Source of the DNA: an uncultured delta proteobacterium
GTDB taxonomy: Bacteria > Desulfobacterota > Binatia > Binatales > Binataceae
NCBI GenBank assembly: GCA_963765675.1
Contig: CAVXXK010000001.1
Coordinates: forward strand, 896,001-960,000
DNA: 64,000 nucleotides
Direction of reading: 5' to 3'
This document shows, one piece after another, positions 19,889 to 28,900 of the stretch. Below the pieces are notes generated by a model that did not search any database, was not told where the DNA came from, and saw nothing but the letters and a program-made list of their open reading frames with translations. The position numbers and the translations under genes are program-made. Position 1 is the stretch's first letter, and each line of letters starts with the position of its first letter.

Positions 19889-20684
19889 CTCGACCCTGAA
19901 GGTGCGAGATCCAATCACCGCCCTGCTGCGCCGCGATCGCTGGGTGGTTCTGGGCGGCTTGGCCGCACTGACTCTCTTCACCGCCGTCGAAAGCCGGTCG
20001 GTCGGAGATGCGATGATGCGCACCCCATCGCCTTTGTTGTGTGTATTTCTCTCGGCCCGATGGGGACCCGCCGAGCTGGCGACAATCGCGCTGATGTGGA
20101 GCGTGATGATGGTCGCCATGATGACGCCGACCGCATCGCCGATGGTGTTGGCGTTCGCCGGGCTTGAGCGTCGGCGTATCGGCGGCACAGGCGCTCCTTG
20201 GGGAACGACGAGCACTTTTCTTAGCGGATATCTGCTGGTCTGGATGGGCTTCAGCGTACTGGCGACGCTCGCCCAGTGGGGTCTTCATTCCGCAGCGATG
20301 TTATCGGCTGGCGGAATGAAGATGGCGAGCTCTTCGGTCGCTGCGGTGCTTCTGGTGAGCGCGGGAGTCTTTCAGTTCTCGTCAGCGAAATCAGCCTGCC
20401 TGAAGCATTGCCGCACACCGGTCGGCTTCCTGCTCTCCGAGTGGCGCGAGGGAATGGGTGGCGCGCTTGTGATGGGCGTTCGTCACGGGCTGTACTGCGT
20501 CGGCTGTTGCTGGCTATTGATGCTGCTTTTGTTCGTCGTCGGCGTGATGAACGCAGCGTGGTGCGCGGCGCTTGCCACTCTCGTTCTTGCAGAAAGGGTT
20601 TTGCCCGGCGGGCTGTGGCTCGCGCGCACAGTGGGTATCGTACTCGCTCTGTCAGGTGGCGCTTTGGCCGCCGGCATCTGGTAG
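19881..20684 (+). CDS. DUF2182 metal-binding integral membrane protein
   Basis: WSVMMVAMMTP, KSACLKHCRTP and HGLYCVGCCWLLM; overlaps DUF1326 gene. Confidence 0.85.
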   Translation: MGDSTLKVRDPITALLRRDRWVVLGGLAALTLFTAVESRSVGDAMMRTPSPLLCVFLSARWGPAELATIALMWSVMMVAMMTPTASPMVLAFAGLERRRIGGTGAPWGTTSTFLSGYLLVWMGFSVLATLAQWGLHSAAMLSAGGMKMASSSVAAVLLVSAGVFQFSSAKSACLKHCRTPVGFLLSEWREGMGGALVMGVRHGLYCVGCCWLLMLLLFVVGVMNAAWCAALATLVLAERVLPGGLWLARTVGIVLALSGGALAAGIW

Positions 20685-20708
20685 CGGCCACCGCCGGTGT
20701 TGTGTAAC

Positions 20709-21306
20709 GCGTCGGCCGACGGGCCGTCGGCATCCACTGATTCTTATTCGTAGGGGCCGCTCGGGAGCCGCCCGTCTGGGAAGAGCCAAAGATAGCCGAT
20801 CCGTGTAGAGCTTTCCCCTTTTGTTCATGATGGCAATTCAAACCGCGATGACGCTTCGCGTTGGCCGACGGGCCGTCGGCATCCACTGACAGAAGGGAGC
20901 TTGCGGAGACGGGCGCGTCGCGACGCGCCCCTACGAATCTGATTCTTACTCGTAGGGGCGGCTCGGGAGCCGCCCGTCTGGGAAGAGCCGAAGATAGCCG
21001 ATCCGTGTAGAGCTTTCCCCTTTTGTTCACGTTGACAATTCAAACCGCGATGACGCTTCGCGTCGGCCGACGGGCCGTCGGCATCCACTGACAGAAGCAA
21101 CAGCTGGCCACAGGCAATCGGGCTCTCGGCTACATTGCGCGGGGGCGATCGAGGATGTCAGGCTTTAGCCTGTGTTCTGAGGAAGCGGAATTGATCATGA
21201 AGACGGGAAATGGATTCGTCGCTTACCTTCCTGGATTCAAAGGTTCGGACGCCCTACTGATTTTGGCGGATTCCGAGACGATCGATTGGCTGATGGCACA
21301 GTTCGG
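20709..21306 (+). repeat. REP mosaic containing direct repeat copy 2 (20899-21306) and a partial internal duplication
   Basis: Three REP-C, two B2 and one B palindrome, followed by the FAD-gene 3' copy and the 148-bp head. Confidence 0.9.
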
Positions 21307-21367
21307 AAGGCGGCAAAACACTAGCCTGTGGTGGTGTATTTCAGGTCGGGACCTTGCTTGAGAAGAC

Positions 21368-22093
21368 TCACTTTACGTCCAATTCCTTGAGTTTTGCCGC
21401 TGCCGTTCCGTAGTTGCCAAGATGAAAAACAGATGCTCCTGACGGAGAGAAGGTGAAATCCTCAAACGGTGCTGCGACCATCTTTTTCAGGTAATCCACC
21501 GGCGCAAGGCCGGTGGTAACGTGCAGCTCTAAATGCTCGCCGGAATGCTCCGGCACATATACCTCGATGTAGTGAATCGTCGCCTCATTAATATCCGGGG
21601 CAGCGGGAGTGGTGACGAATGCGGCCGCGGTTCCGGTCCGCACCGTGTAAGGCGCCACGGCGTCAATCAAATCCTTCTGCAGCTTCACCAATTCCGGAGT
21701 CGTCTCCACCACGATGCCCGATAAGCCTAAGCCCGGCAGCGACGGAGAGGTAAGGTAGTAATATTTGTAGGCCTTCAATTTAAAACTGGCAATATTGTAG
21801 CTTTCGAAGACTTTGCCGGCGGCGGCGTAAATCTTGTCGAGGTCCGCCGTGCGGACGTAACGCTGCAACATCGAGATGTGCGGATGATGCGTCGCGTCGA
21901 GCGAAAAGCCCTTCGGGAACACCGAGCGCAGGCGAGCGTTCACGGCTTGCGCGTGATGCACCATCGTGGCATCCGGCTCCAGCGCTATGTCGATGGCAGT
22001 GATGGGACTTGGTTGTGCCATCGCTGCGCCCCAATAGCCCAGCAACGATGCCAGGAAAACGACGATTGAGGCGGCCTTCGCGAATCTGTTCAT
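21368..22093 (-). CDS. Secreted 2H-phosphoesterase-like protein
   Basis: Signal peptide (AMA-Q); two Hx(S/T) motifs, HPHISM and LHVTTG. Confidence 0.65.
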   Translation of the reverse strand: MNRFAKAASIVVFLASLLGYWGAAMAQPSPITAIDIALEPDATMVHHAQAVNARLRSVFPKGFSLDATHHPHISMLQRYVRTADLDKIYAAAGKVFESYNIASFKLKAYKYYYLTSPSLPGLGLSGIVVETTPELVKLQKDLIDAVAPYTVRTGTAAAFVTTPAAPDINEATIHYIEVYVPEHSGEHLELHVTTGLAPVDYLKKMVAAPFEDFTFSPSGASVFHLGNYGTAAAKLKELDVK

Positions 22094-22151
22094 GCAATGC
22101 TCCGCTTATTGGATAGGAGTAAAAACCGTCCGCGGACGTCTCGAATCGTCT

Positions 22152-23177
22152 TCATTTGTCAAAAGTGAAAATTCGCTTCCAGTCATTCTTCATGCTGATC
22201 ACGTTCCAGCCCCTGGACTTGGCCTCATCGTAGAGCGCCTGCGTGAACGTCCCGACTTTGGTGTCCGGTAGACCATCGGCAGGGCCGTATGCGTACTCGC
22301 GTGCGGGATCATCGTGCAACACCAACATCATCAACCGTGCGCCGTCGCCCGCCTGGGTCCATTCCAGCATCTGCTTGTCGCCGGGCGAGTTGCCAAACGC
22401 CGCGTAGGGCCGCTTGCCGATAAACAGGTTGATCCCGACGGGCTTGCCGGCATTGTCGTCGATGAAGAACACTTTGGGCTCGCGCATCAGTACCGGTTTG
22501 CCGTCCCGGTACTCGAATTTGGTCAGGATGCTCGATCCCACGACCTGCTCGGGCGGGACACCATAGACACTTTCGCTGTATACCCGCACGAACTCCTGGC
22601 CGCCGCCAGTGACGATGTAGGTTTTGAATCCATTAGCGCGCAGGTAATCCATGACCTCGAGCATCGGCTGGTAGACGAGGGCCGCGTACGGCTGATGAAA
22701 TCTCGGATCTCTGGCGGTTGCCAACCACTGCTTCACAAGCTGCTGGAACGCTTCGGTCGTCATTCCGGCATGGGTCGCTGCGAGGATAATTTCCCAGTCC
22801 GATTCCGAGAACTTGCCGATCGCCGCACGATCGTTCGTGAGAACCGCCTTGAACGGATCGCGTTCTTTCCATTCGGGATGCTGCGGGGCCAGCTCGTGCA
22901 CGCGGGCTAGCGCAAACGTAGCCTGAGTATACAGGGGATGTTCGACCCAAAGGGTGCCATCCTGATCGAAGGTGGCAATGCGATCCTGAGGTTCGACGTA
23001 TTTGGTGCCAGACTTGTCTGTAACTTCTTTGACGAAAGAAACGATCGCCTGTTTCGCCGGCCCGTCGTTCCACGATGCAAGCGCTGGTGTCTGAGCGTTT
23101 GCGTGGAGACTCAACGCCAGAAACATGACGATGACGAAAGCGCCGGGCAGCTTCGGGATCTTCCGACGAGAGTTCAT
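22152..23177 (-). CDS. Secreted HAD family hydrolase (acid phosphatase-like)
   Basis: Signal peptide; FDQDGTLW, VTGGG and GNSPGD motifs. Confidence 0.88.
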   Translation of the reverse strand: MNSRRKIPKLPGAFVIVMFLALSLHANAQTPALASWNDGPAKQAIVSFVKEVTDKSGTKYVEPQDRIATFDQDGTLWVEHPLYTQATFALARVHELAPQHPEWKERDPFKAVLTNDRAAIGKFSESDWEIILAATHAGMTTEAFQQLVKQWLATARDPRFHQPYAALVYQPMLEVMDYLRANGFKTYIVTGGGQEFVRVYSESVYGVPPEQVVGSSILTKFEYRDGKPVLMREPKVFFIDDNAGKPVGINLFIGKRPYAAFGNSPGDKQMLEWTQAGDGARLMMLVLHDDPAREYAYGPADGLPDTKVGTFTQALYDEAKSRGWNVISMKNDWKRIFTFDK

Positions 23178-23332
23178 TGCGCTCCTTATCGAACGATTCT
23201 CGATTAACTTTGGTCAAATCGACGCTCCGACTCTATTGTACCTTGGTACAAGGAGGACGGTCTCCCTCGCGCTCCCCCTGTTCAGGGGCGCGGTGGGGCT
23301 GTTGCGGTGTCGGCTATGGGGCGCAAGCATCG

Positions 23333-23386
23333 CAAACCGCGATGACGCTTCGCGTCGGCCGACGGGCCGTCGGCATCCACTGACAG
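23333..23386. repeat. REP family C (GCCGACGG-GC-CGTCGGCATCCAC; GTGG foot on minus strand)
   Basis: Copies near 18205, 20712, 20863, 21063, 32063, 54444 and 54572. Confidence 0.8.
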
Positions 23387-23428
23387 GAAAAAGACCGCTG
23401 GCGCGCCATAGGCGCTCGAGCTTTCGCG

Positions 23429-24670
23429 CTACATTGCGCGGAGGCGGTCGAGGATGTCTTCGGAGAATAGTTCTGCGGGAAGTAGCTCGGGGCCTACGAA
23501 GGCGGCGGGACCGAGATCGGGAAGGGCGTTGCGGGCGCGCGCTTCGCGGACTTTGATTCGGCGCGCGCGCGCATCGGGGCCGAACTCTACGTTCAAGATC
23601 GACAGGGTCGAGGCGGTCAGGCGCAGCCGGCGCATCCGCTCGCGCCGCTCCTCGGCGTAGGGACGGAAAATCTCCGGAGTCCAGTCGCGATTCTCGAGCA
23701 TCAGGTCGCGCACGATTCGCACGTCGCGATAGGTGATCGAAAGCCCCTGCCCGATAATCGGATCGTTGTGGCCGGCGGCGTCGCCGATCAGAACCACACC
23801 GGGCGCGTACGGCGTGTCGGTCCAGGTGTCCTCGTTACCGTAGGAGTTGCAGGGCCCGGCAGGGGTCGCGTTCGCAAGATACTCGCTCGCGGGGACGTAT
23901 CCGAGTTTGAACGCGTCGAGGAAGCGCGCCTGGTTGTCGGCGCCGGCGAACCGGCGGCGGTCTTCGAGCGCATAGCAGATGTACAGCCGGACCCGGCTCG
24001 CCGATTGCGGAAACGCGAGAAAGTTGATCGTGTTTTCGGTTCCGAAGATTTGCAGGTCCTCGGGCCATCCGTCGGTGTCGTCAACCAGAAGCCCCGCCAT
24101 CAGATGGTGCGAAGGATCGCGATGATACTCGATACCGGCCTGGCCGCGGACGATCGAGTTGCGGCCGTCGGCGCCGATCACGATGCGCGGGTTGTATTCG
24201 GTAAGGCGGCCGTCGTCGCGAAATCGCACTGCGGGCGAGGCGCCGGGGGTGACTGCGACGTCGGTGACGCCCCGGATGAGCACCGCTCCTCGCGAGGTCG
24301 CGGCGGCATTGAGGAGATCGCACATCTCGGGATGACGCATGCATAGCGGAGGCGGCAGGCCTATCGACTCGAACGCGGTGAGGTCGAGCGTCTGGCTTTC
24401 GGCGCTGGCGCGATCGAGATCGTCGCCGTAGGGGATGTGGCGCTTGAGGTGATGCCCGCCCGCTTTTTTAAGGAGATCATACAATCCGAGCCGCTTGGTC
24501 TCGGCGACTCCCCACGGAGCGATCCACTCGCCGCGCACGTGATCGACGTGGACGGTGGATTTCTCGAGGATGGTCGTCGCGATTCCGGCTTGCGCGAGGC
24601 TGGCGGCGAGTGCGCTGCCGCCGATTCCTCCGCCGATTATCACGACGTCGGGATTGTTTTGGTTGGGCAT
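23429..24670 (-). CDS. FAD-dependent oxidoreductase/monooxygenase
   Basis: DVVIIGGGIGG, IGADGRNS and LIGDAAGHNDPIIGQG motifs. Confidence 0.9.
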   Translation of the reverse strand: MPNQNNPDVVIIGGGIGGSALAASLAQAGIATTILEKSTVHVDHVRGEWIAPWGVAETKRLGLYDLLKKAGGHHLKRHIPYGDDLDRASAESQTLDLTAFESIGLPPPLCMRHPEMCDLLNAAATSRGAVLIRGVTDVAVTPGASPAVRFRDDGRLTEYNPRIVIGADGRNSIVRGQAGIEYHRDPSHHLMAGLLVDDTDGWPEDLQIFGTENTINFLAFPQSASRVRLYICYALEDRRRFAGADNQARFLDAFKLGYVPASEYLANATPAGPCNSYGNEDTWTDTPYAPGVVLIGDAAGHNDPIIGQGLSITYRDVRIVRDLMLENRDWTPEIFRPYAEERRERMRRLRLTASTLSILNVEFGPDARARRIKVREARARNALPDLGPAAFVGPELLPAELFSEDILDRLRAM

Positions 24671-24725
24671 CGTACGAGCGATGATAAGCACAAAATCGGC
24701 GATGTTGTCAGGAGGCGGCGGAAGA

Positions 24726-24872
24726 CACAGGCTAAAGCCTGTGCCACTTAAAACAAAGATTCAAATCAACAGTCAAAACACCAAGGCACCAAGGAAAGAC
24801 ACCAAGGCACCAAGAAGAAAGGAAAAAGAGAGCGGGCCTTCCTTTGTGTCTTGGTGTCTTGGTGGTTTGATT
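24726..24872. repeat. REP-A (24726-24747, minus) plus family E repeat
   Basis: CACAGGCTAAAGCCTGTGCCAC followed by CACCAAGGCACCAAG arms. Confidence 0.8.
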
Positions 24873-25028
24873 GGGCACAGGCTGCGCAGCACGGTGCTTG
24901 CTCGGGGGGCGCTGGTGTGGTTGCATGGCGGATCGGGCGCGGAAGACTTTGCGATGCGTCGCGCCCGCTATGATCGAAATCTTAAAGCGCGCCAGTTCTC
25001 TGGCGCGGTATAAAGTTGGCTCCGACCG

Positions 25029-25187
25029 ATGAAAAGGACCTACCAGCCGCACAATCGCCGCCGCAAACGAACCCACGGATTCCTTGCCCGGATGGCCTCG
25101 CCGGGAGGACGCGCAGTTCTGAAACGCCGCCGCGCCAAGGGCCGCAAACGCCTGACTCCCACGATTCCGCGCAAGCAGCCGGGCTGA
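25029..25187 (+). CDS. rpmH: 50S ribosomal protein L34
   Basis: [42 protein letters not shown] (52 aa, not in the ORF track). Confidence 0.97.
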   Translation: MKRTYQPHNRRRKRTHGFLARMASPGGRAVLKRRRAKGRKRLTPTIPRKQPG

Positions 25188-25218
25188 TCCGCGCTCATCT
25201 AGAGATGAGCTCTCCAAG

Positions 25219-25626
25219 ATGAGCTTCGGGGCTGCGAGCTTCGGAGCCGCCGACCGGCTGCATCGAAGCGCGGAGTTCCTGCGCCTTCAGCGCCGGGGAA
25301 TCCGGCTGCAGGCCAAGCACTTCGTTCTCTATGCGGGCAGAATTGACTATGCGGGCGATCATGCGGGCAAACACGAATCCGCCGCGAGTCCGCGCAAACG
25401 GCTCGGGATTACCGTCTCGCGACGGGTGGGCAACGCAGTGGTCCGAAATCGGGTCAAACGCCGCGTGCGTGAATGCTTTCGGCAGATGCTGCGGGAGCGA
25501 CTTGACGAGGGGATGTCGCTAGTGGTGATTGCGCTGGTGGGGGCGGGTAATCTTGAGCAGACGGCTATCAATGCCGAGCTTCTGACTGCTACTTTGAACC
25601 TCGCCGGAAGGCGGCCACGCCGATGA
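25219..25626 (+). CDS. rnpA: Ribonuclease P protein component
   Basis: [25 protein letters not shown] motif; follows rpmH. Confidence 0.95.
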   Translation: MSFGAASFGAADRLHRSAEFLRLQRRGIRLQAKHFVLYAGRIDYAGDHAGKHESAASPRKRLGITVSRRVGNAVVRNRVKRRVRECFRQMLRERLDEGMSLVVIALVGAGNLEQTAINAELLTATLNLAGRRPRR

Positions 25627-26009
25627 GTTTTCGCAAGGGCGACAATATCTATCAATTAGCCGGCCGCCTCGCGGCCAGCGGATTCCAATTAGCCGGCCGC
25701 CTCGCGGCCATCGGATTTGGATTCGCGATGCGCGGGATTTCCGCGATCGCCCGCGCACTCGCGCTCGCGATGATCGCGATCTATCGGCTGGCGATATCGC
25801 CCTTGCTGGTCGCGATGTTCGGGCGGGCTTGCCGCTTCGAGCCGACCTGCTCGGAGTACGCCGCGCTCGCGATCAGGCGGCATGGGATCGTGCGCGGAGG
25901 CGCGATGGCGGCCAGAAGGCTCGCGCGATGCCATCCACTGGGAGCGCATGGCTACGACCCGGTTCCCGCCGCGAGTGACGGGCGGGGAAATACCTCAGGA
26001 AGAATTTAA
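25623..26009 (+). CDS. yidD: Membrane protein insertion efficiency factor YidD
   Basis: ISP...[11 protein letters not shown]...RCHP...GYDPVP; start uncertain. Confidence 0.93.
   Translation: MSFRKGDNIYQLAGRLAASGFQLAGRLAAIGFGFAMRGISAIARALALAMIAIYRLAISPLLVAMFGRACRFEPTCSEYAALAIRRHGIVRGGAMAARRLARCHPLGAHGYDPVPAASDGRGNTSGRI
25653..25718 (+). repeat. 33-bp tandem duplication at the yidD 5' end
   Basis: CAATTAGCCGGCCGCCTCGCGGCCA(G/T)CGGATT(C/T) twice, in frame. Confidence 0.9.
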
Positions 26010-27767
26010 TTGGATTCGAGTCGCGTACTGATCGCCGTCATCCTGTCGCTGGGATTGATCTTCGCTTACCAGGAACTGGTTCTGAAGCGGGTCTATCCGC
26101 CGCCGGGAAATCAGAACGCCGAAGGCACTCCAAAGGCGACCGCCGAAGGGGCACTTCCGAGCGCGAACGCCTCGCGCGCGGCGCAATCTGCCGCGGCGGC
26201 GTCGATTGCGGCGGCCGCGGCGGCCTCTTCCGCGGCTACGTCTTCGATTCCAGGCGCGCCGTCGGCCGCTTCGACAGCAATTGCGAGGCCGGTTCCGGCG
26301 CAGTCGCTGGCGGCGGCAAAGTCGGGCGCGCCGCCGCGATCGATCACGATCGAAACCTCACTTTATACGGCAACGATTACAACGCTCGGCGCGCGCCTTT
26401 CGAGCTTCACGCTCAAGCGCTACTTCGCGACGGCGGCTCGTAACAGCGGTCCATACCAGATGGTTCCGCAGACCGATGCGCGCTATCCGCTGGGGGTCAC
26501 GCTCGCGCGCGAGGGCAAGCTCGCCAACGATTCGGAGCTCGAGTACTCATGCTCTGGGCCGAGCGCGATCGACGTGCCGGGGACGGGGACCGCTACGATC
26601 GATTGCGTCGCGACCGCGGCCGACGGGACGAAAATCGACAAATCAATCGAGTTTCACGGCGAATCATACGCGTTCGCGCTGAACGTCGCGGTCAGCGGCG
26701 GCTCCAAGCTCGACGGGATCGGCCTGGCAATGAGCGAGCCGATGGCGGCGCACGAGGGTTATCGCGACGTGCCCGCGGTGCAGGCGTACGTGCAGGGCAA
26801 GACGATCAGCGACTACGAATCGACGCTCAAGAAGGGCACGCCCGCGGCTGCCGGCAAGATCACGTACGCGGGTTTCGGCGACCGTTATTTCCTGTCGGCC
26901 TACCTGCCGCGAAATCCGACCGAGGGCGTGCTGTCGATGGCGCTGGAGCCAGGCGACAACGCGTTCGCGCGGATCCTGTTCGGACCGAGCGCCACGCTTT
27001 CGGCCGAGGTGTACATGGGGCCGAAGCTGCTCGAGGCGCTCGAGACGGTCGATCCGGCGCTGAACAAATCGATCGACTTTGGCTACTCGGGGATTATCGC
27101 GCTGCCGTTTTTGCGCGTGCTCAAGCTGTTCCATCTGATCGCGCCGAACTGGGGCTGGGATATCGTGCTGCTGACGCTGGCGCTGCGGATCCTGCTGCTG
27201 CCGATGTCGATCAAGAGCCAGCGCTCGATGATGAAGATGCAGCGGCTGTCTCCGCAGATGGAAAAAATCCGCGAGAAGTTCAAGGACGACAGCGAGCGCC
27301 AGCAGAAAGAGATGGTCGATCTCTACAAGCGCAACCACGTCAACCCGGTCGGCGGATGCCTGCCGATGGCGATCCAGTTCCCGATCTTTATCGGGTTGTA
27401 CGAAGCGCTGCTGAACGCGGTCGAGCTGCGCCACGCGCCGTTCATGCTCTGGATCCGCGACCTGTCGGCGCCCGACTGCCTGCCGCTCTCGTGGATGCCG
27501 CGGATTCCGTATATCGATTGCCACGGACTGCCGGTGCTGGTGCTGCTGATGGGCGCGAGCACGTTTTTGCAGCAGTGGATGTCGCCGACTTCGCCCGATC
27601 CGAATCAGCAGCGCATGATGATGCTGACGCCGATTATCTTCACCGTGATGTTCGTGAACTTTCCCGCTGGACTCTCGCTGTACTATTTTGCCTCAAACGT
27701 GCTCGGCGTCGTCCAGCAGGTGTTTCTAAACCGCGAATTCAAAGCGTATAGCCCGGCCACCGCATGA
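26010..27767 (+). CDS. yidC: Membrane protein insertase YidC
   Basis: YMGPK, NWG, NPVGGCLP, LWIRDLSAPD and GLSLYY motifs. Confidence 0.97.
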   Translation: MDSSRVLIAVILSLGLIFAYQELVLKRVYPPPGNQNAEGTPKATAEGALPSANASRAAQSAAAASIAAAAAASSAATSSIPGAPSAASTAIARPVPAQSLAAAKSGAPPRSITIETSLYTATITTLGARLSSFTLKRYFATAARNSGPYQMVPQTDARYPLGVTLAREGKLANDSELEYSCSGPSAIDVPGTGTATIDCVATAADGTKIDKSIEFHGESYAFALNVAVSGGSKLDGIGLAMSEPMAAHEGYRDVPAVQAYVQGKTISDYESTLKKGTPAAAGKITYAGFGDRYFLSAYLPRNPTEGVLSMALEPGDNAFARILFGPSATLSAEVYMGPKLLEALETVDPALNKSIDFGYSGIIALPFLRVLKLFHLIAPNWGWDIVLLTLALRILLLPMSIKSQRSMMKMQRLSPQMEKIREKFKDDSERQQKEMVDLYKRNHVNPVGGCLPMAIQFPIFIGLYEALLNAVELRHAPFMLWIRDLSAPDCLPLSWMPRIPYIDCHGLPVLVLLMGASTFLQQWMSPTSPDPNQQRMMMLTPIIFTVMFVNFPAGLSLYYFASNVLGVVQQVFLNREFKAYSPATA

Positions 27768-28882
27768 GTATCACCGAACCAATCGAAGTCACCGCCGCAA
27801 CGGTGGAAGAAGCGATCAAGCAGGCGCTCACAGAGCTCGGTGCGCATCGAGACGGCGTCACGGAAGATGACGTGACGATCGAGGTGCTGGCGACGCCGCG
27901 CGCGGGCGTGCTCGGCCTCGGCGCGCGGCCGGCGAAGATCCGCGTCACGCTGCGTCCGCAGGCGGCTGCGACCTCGGGCGTGCAGTCGCCTCCTCCCGCG
28001 CCGCCAAGGCCCTCGCAACCGCCGCCGCGCGAGCGCAGGGAAGATCGTCGAGATGACCGGCGCCAAGATCATAGAGAAGATCATAGAGAAGACCGTAGAG
28101 ATGACCGCAGAGATGAGCGGCGCGGCGCGCGTCCTCAACAGCAGTCCTCGCGATCGCAGACCCAGCAGCAGCAGCCGAGGCCGGCGCGGGAACCTCGCGA
28201 AGATCGCGAGCACAGCGGCGACAGCGACGAGAATCCTGACGCTCCGCGCCGCAGCGCCAACCTCGATCAGCAAGCCGCCGAGGCAACCGAGATCCTCGCG
28301 CGAATCCTGGAGCTGATGGGCGAGAAGGGGCAGGTCACGCGCGTGGTCGAAACCGATCCCGACTCGCTCGAGCTCGAAATCAAGGGCGACGGCTCCGGGA
28401 TTCTGATTGGGCGGCATGGGCAGACGCTCGACGCGCTGGAATATATCGTCAACCGGATTGTCGCGCGGCGAATCCGCGACGCGGCGCCGATCATGCTTGA
28501 GACCGAGGCCTACCGCGCGCGCCGCCGCCAGCAACTGCATCGCATGGCGCTGTCGATGGGCGAGCGGGCCAAGCGCGAGCACGAGAGCGTGACGCTCGAG
28601 CCGATGCCGCCGCGCGACCGGCGCGTAATCCATCTGGCGCTCAAGGAAGATCCGATGCTGACGACGCGATCGTCGGGCGACGGCTTTCTGCGCGCGATCG
28701 AGATCGTCCCGGTCGGCGCCCCGCGTCAGGGCCGCGGCGGCGACGGACCCGGACCGTCTTCCGGACCGGGCCGAGGCGGCCGCAGTCGCGAGCGCGACAA
28801 TCGCGAGAAGCCGCGCGAGCGTCCAAACGACGCACTGGGCGAGCAAGGCGGCTTCAAGCACGGTCAAAAACGCATCGTGTAG
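27764..28882 (+). CDS. jag: RNA-binding protein Jag/EloR/KhpB
   Basis: Jag_N domain (TVEEAI...GVLGLG), KH (LIGRHGQTLDAL) and R3H (RRVIH); follows yidC. Confidence 0.93.
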   Translation: MSITEPIEVTAATVEEAIKQALTELGAHRDGVTEDDVTIEVLATPRAGVLGLGARPAKIRVTLRPQAAATSGVQSPPPAPPRPSQPPPRERREDRRDDRRQDHREDHREDRRDDRRDERRGARPQQQSSRSQTQQQQPRPAREPREDREHSGDSDENPDAPRRSANLDQQAAEATEILARILELMGEKGQVTRVVETDPDSLELEIKGDGSGILIGRHGQTLDALEYIVNRIVARRIRDAAPIMLETEAYRARRRQQLHRMALSMGERAKREHESVTLEPMPPRDRRVIHLALKEDPMLTTRSSGDGFLRAIEIVPVGAPRQGRGGDGPGPSSGPGRGGRSRERDNREKPRERPNDALGEQGGFKHGQKRIV

Positions 28883-28900
28883 CAGTCCGGCGCGGCAGTT

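Noticed and set aside
16476-21306. CRISPR array
   Set aside because: Repeats are palindromic REPs in mixed orientation with irregular spacing; there are no constant-length spacers and no cas genes.
21155-21361. 68-aa ORF similar to the 17339 protein
   Set aside because: It is the duplicated 148-bp head running into unrelated sequence; treated as part of the repeat.
17301-23458. Classical integron
   Set aside because: No intact IntI and no recognisable attC (RYYYAAC...GTTRRRY) sites; only a short integrase-like scrap.
24690-25028. oriC upstream of rpmH
   Set aside because: No dnaA gene and no cluster of TTATCCACA-like boxes seen; the region is mostly REP and family E repeats.
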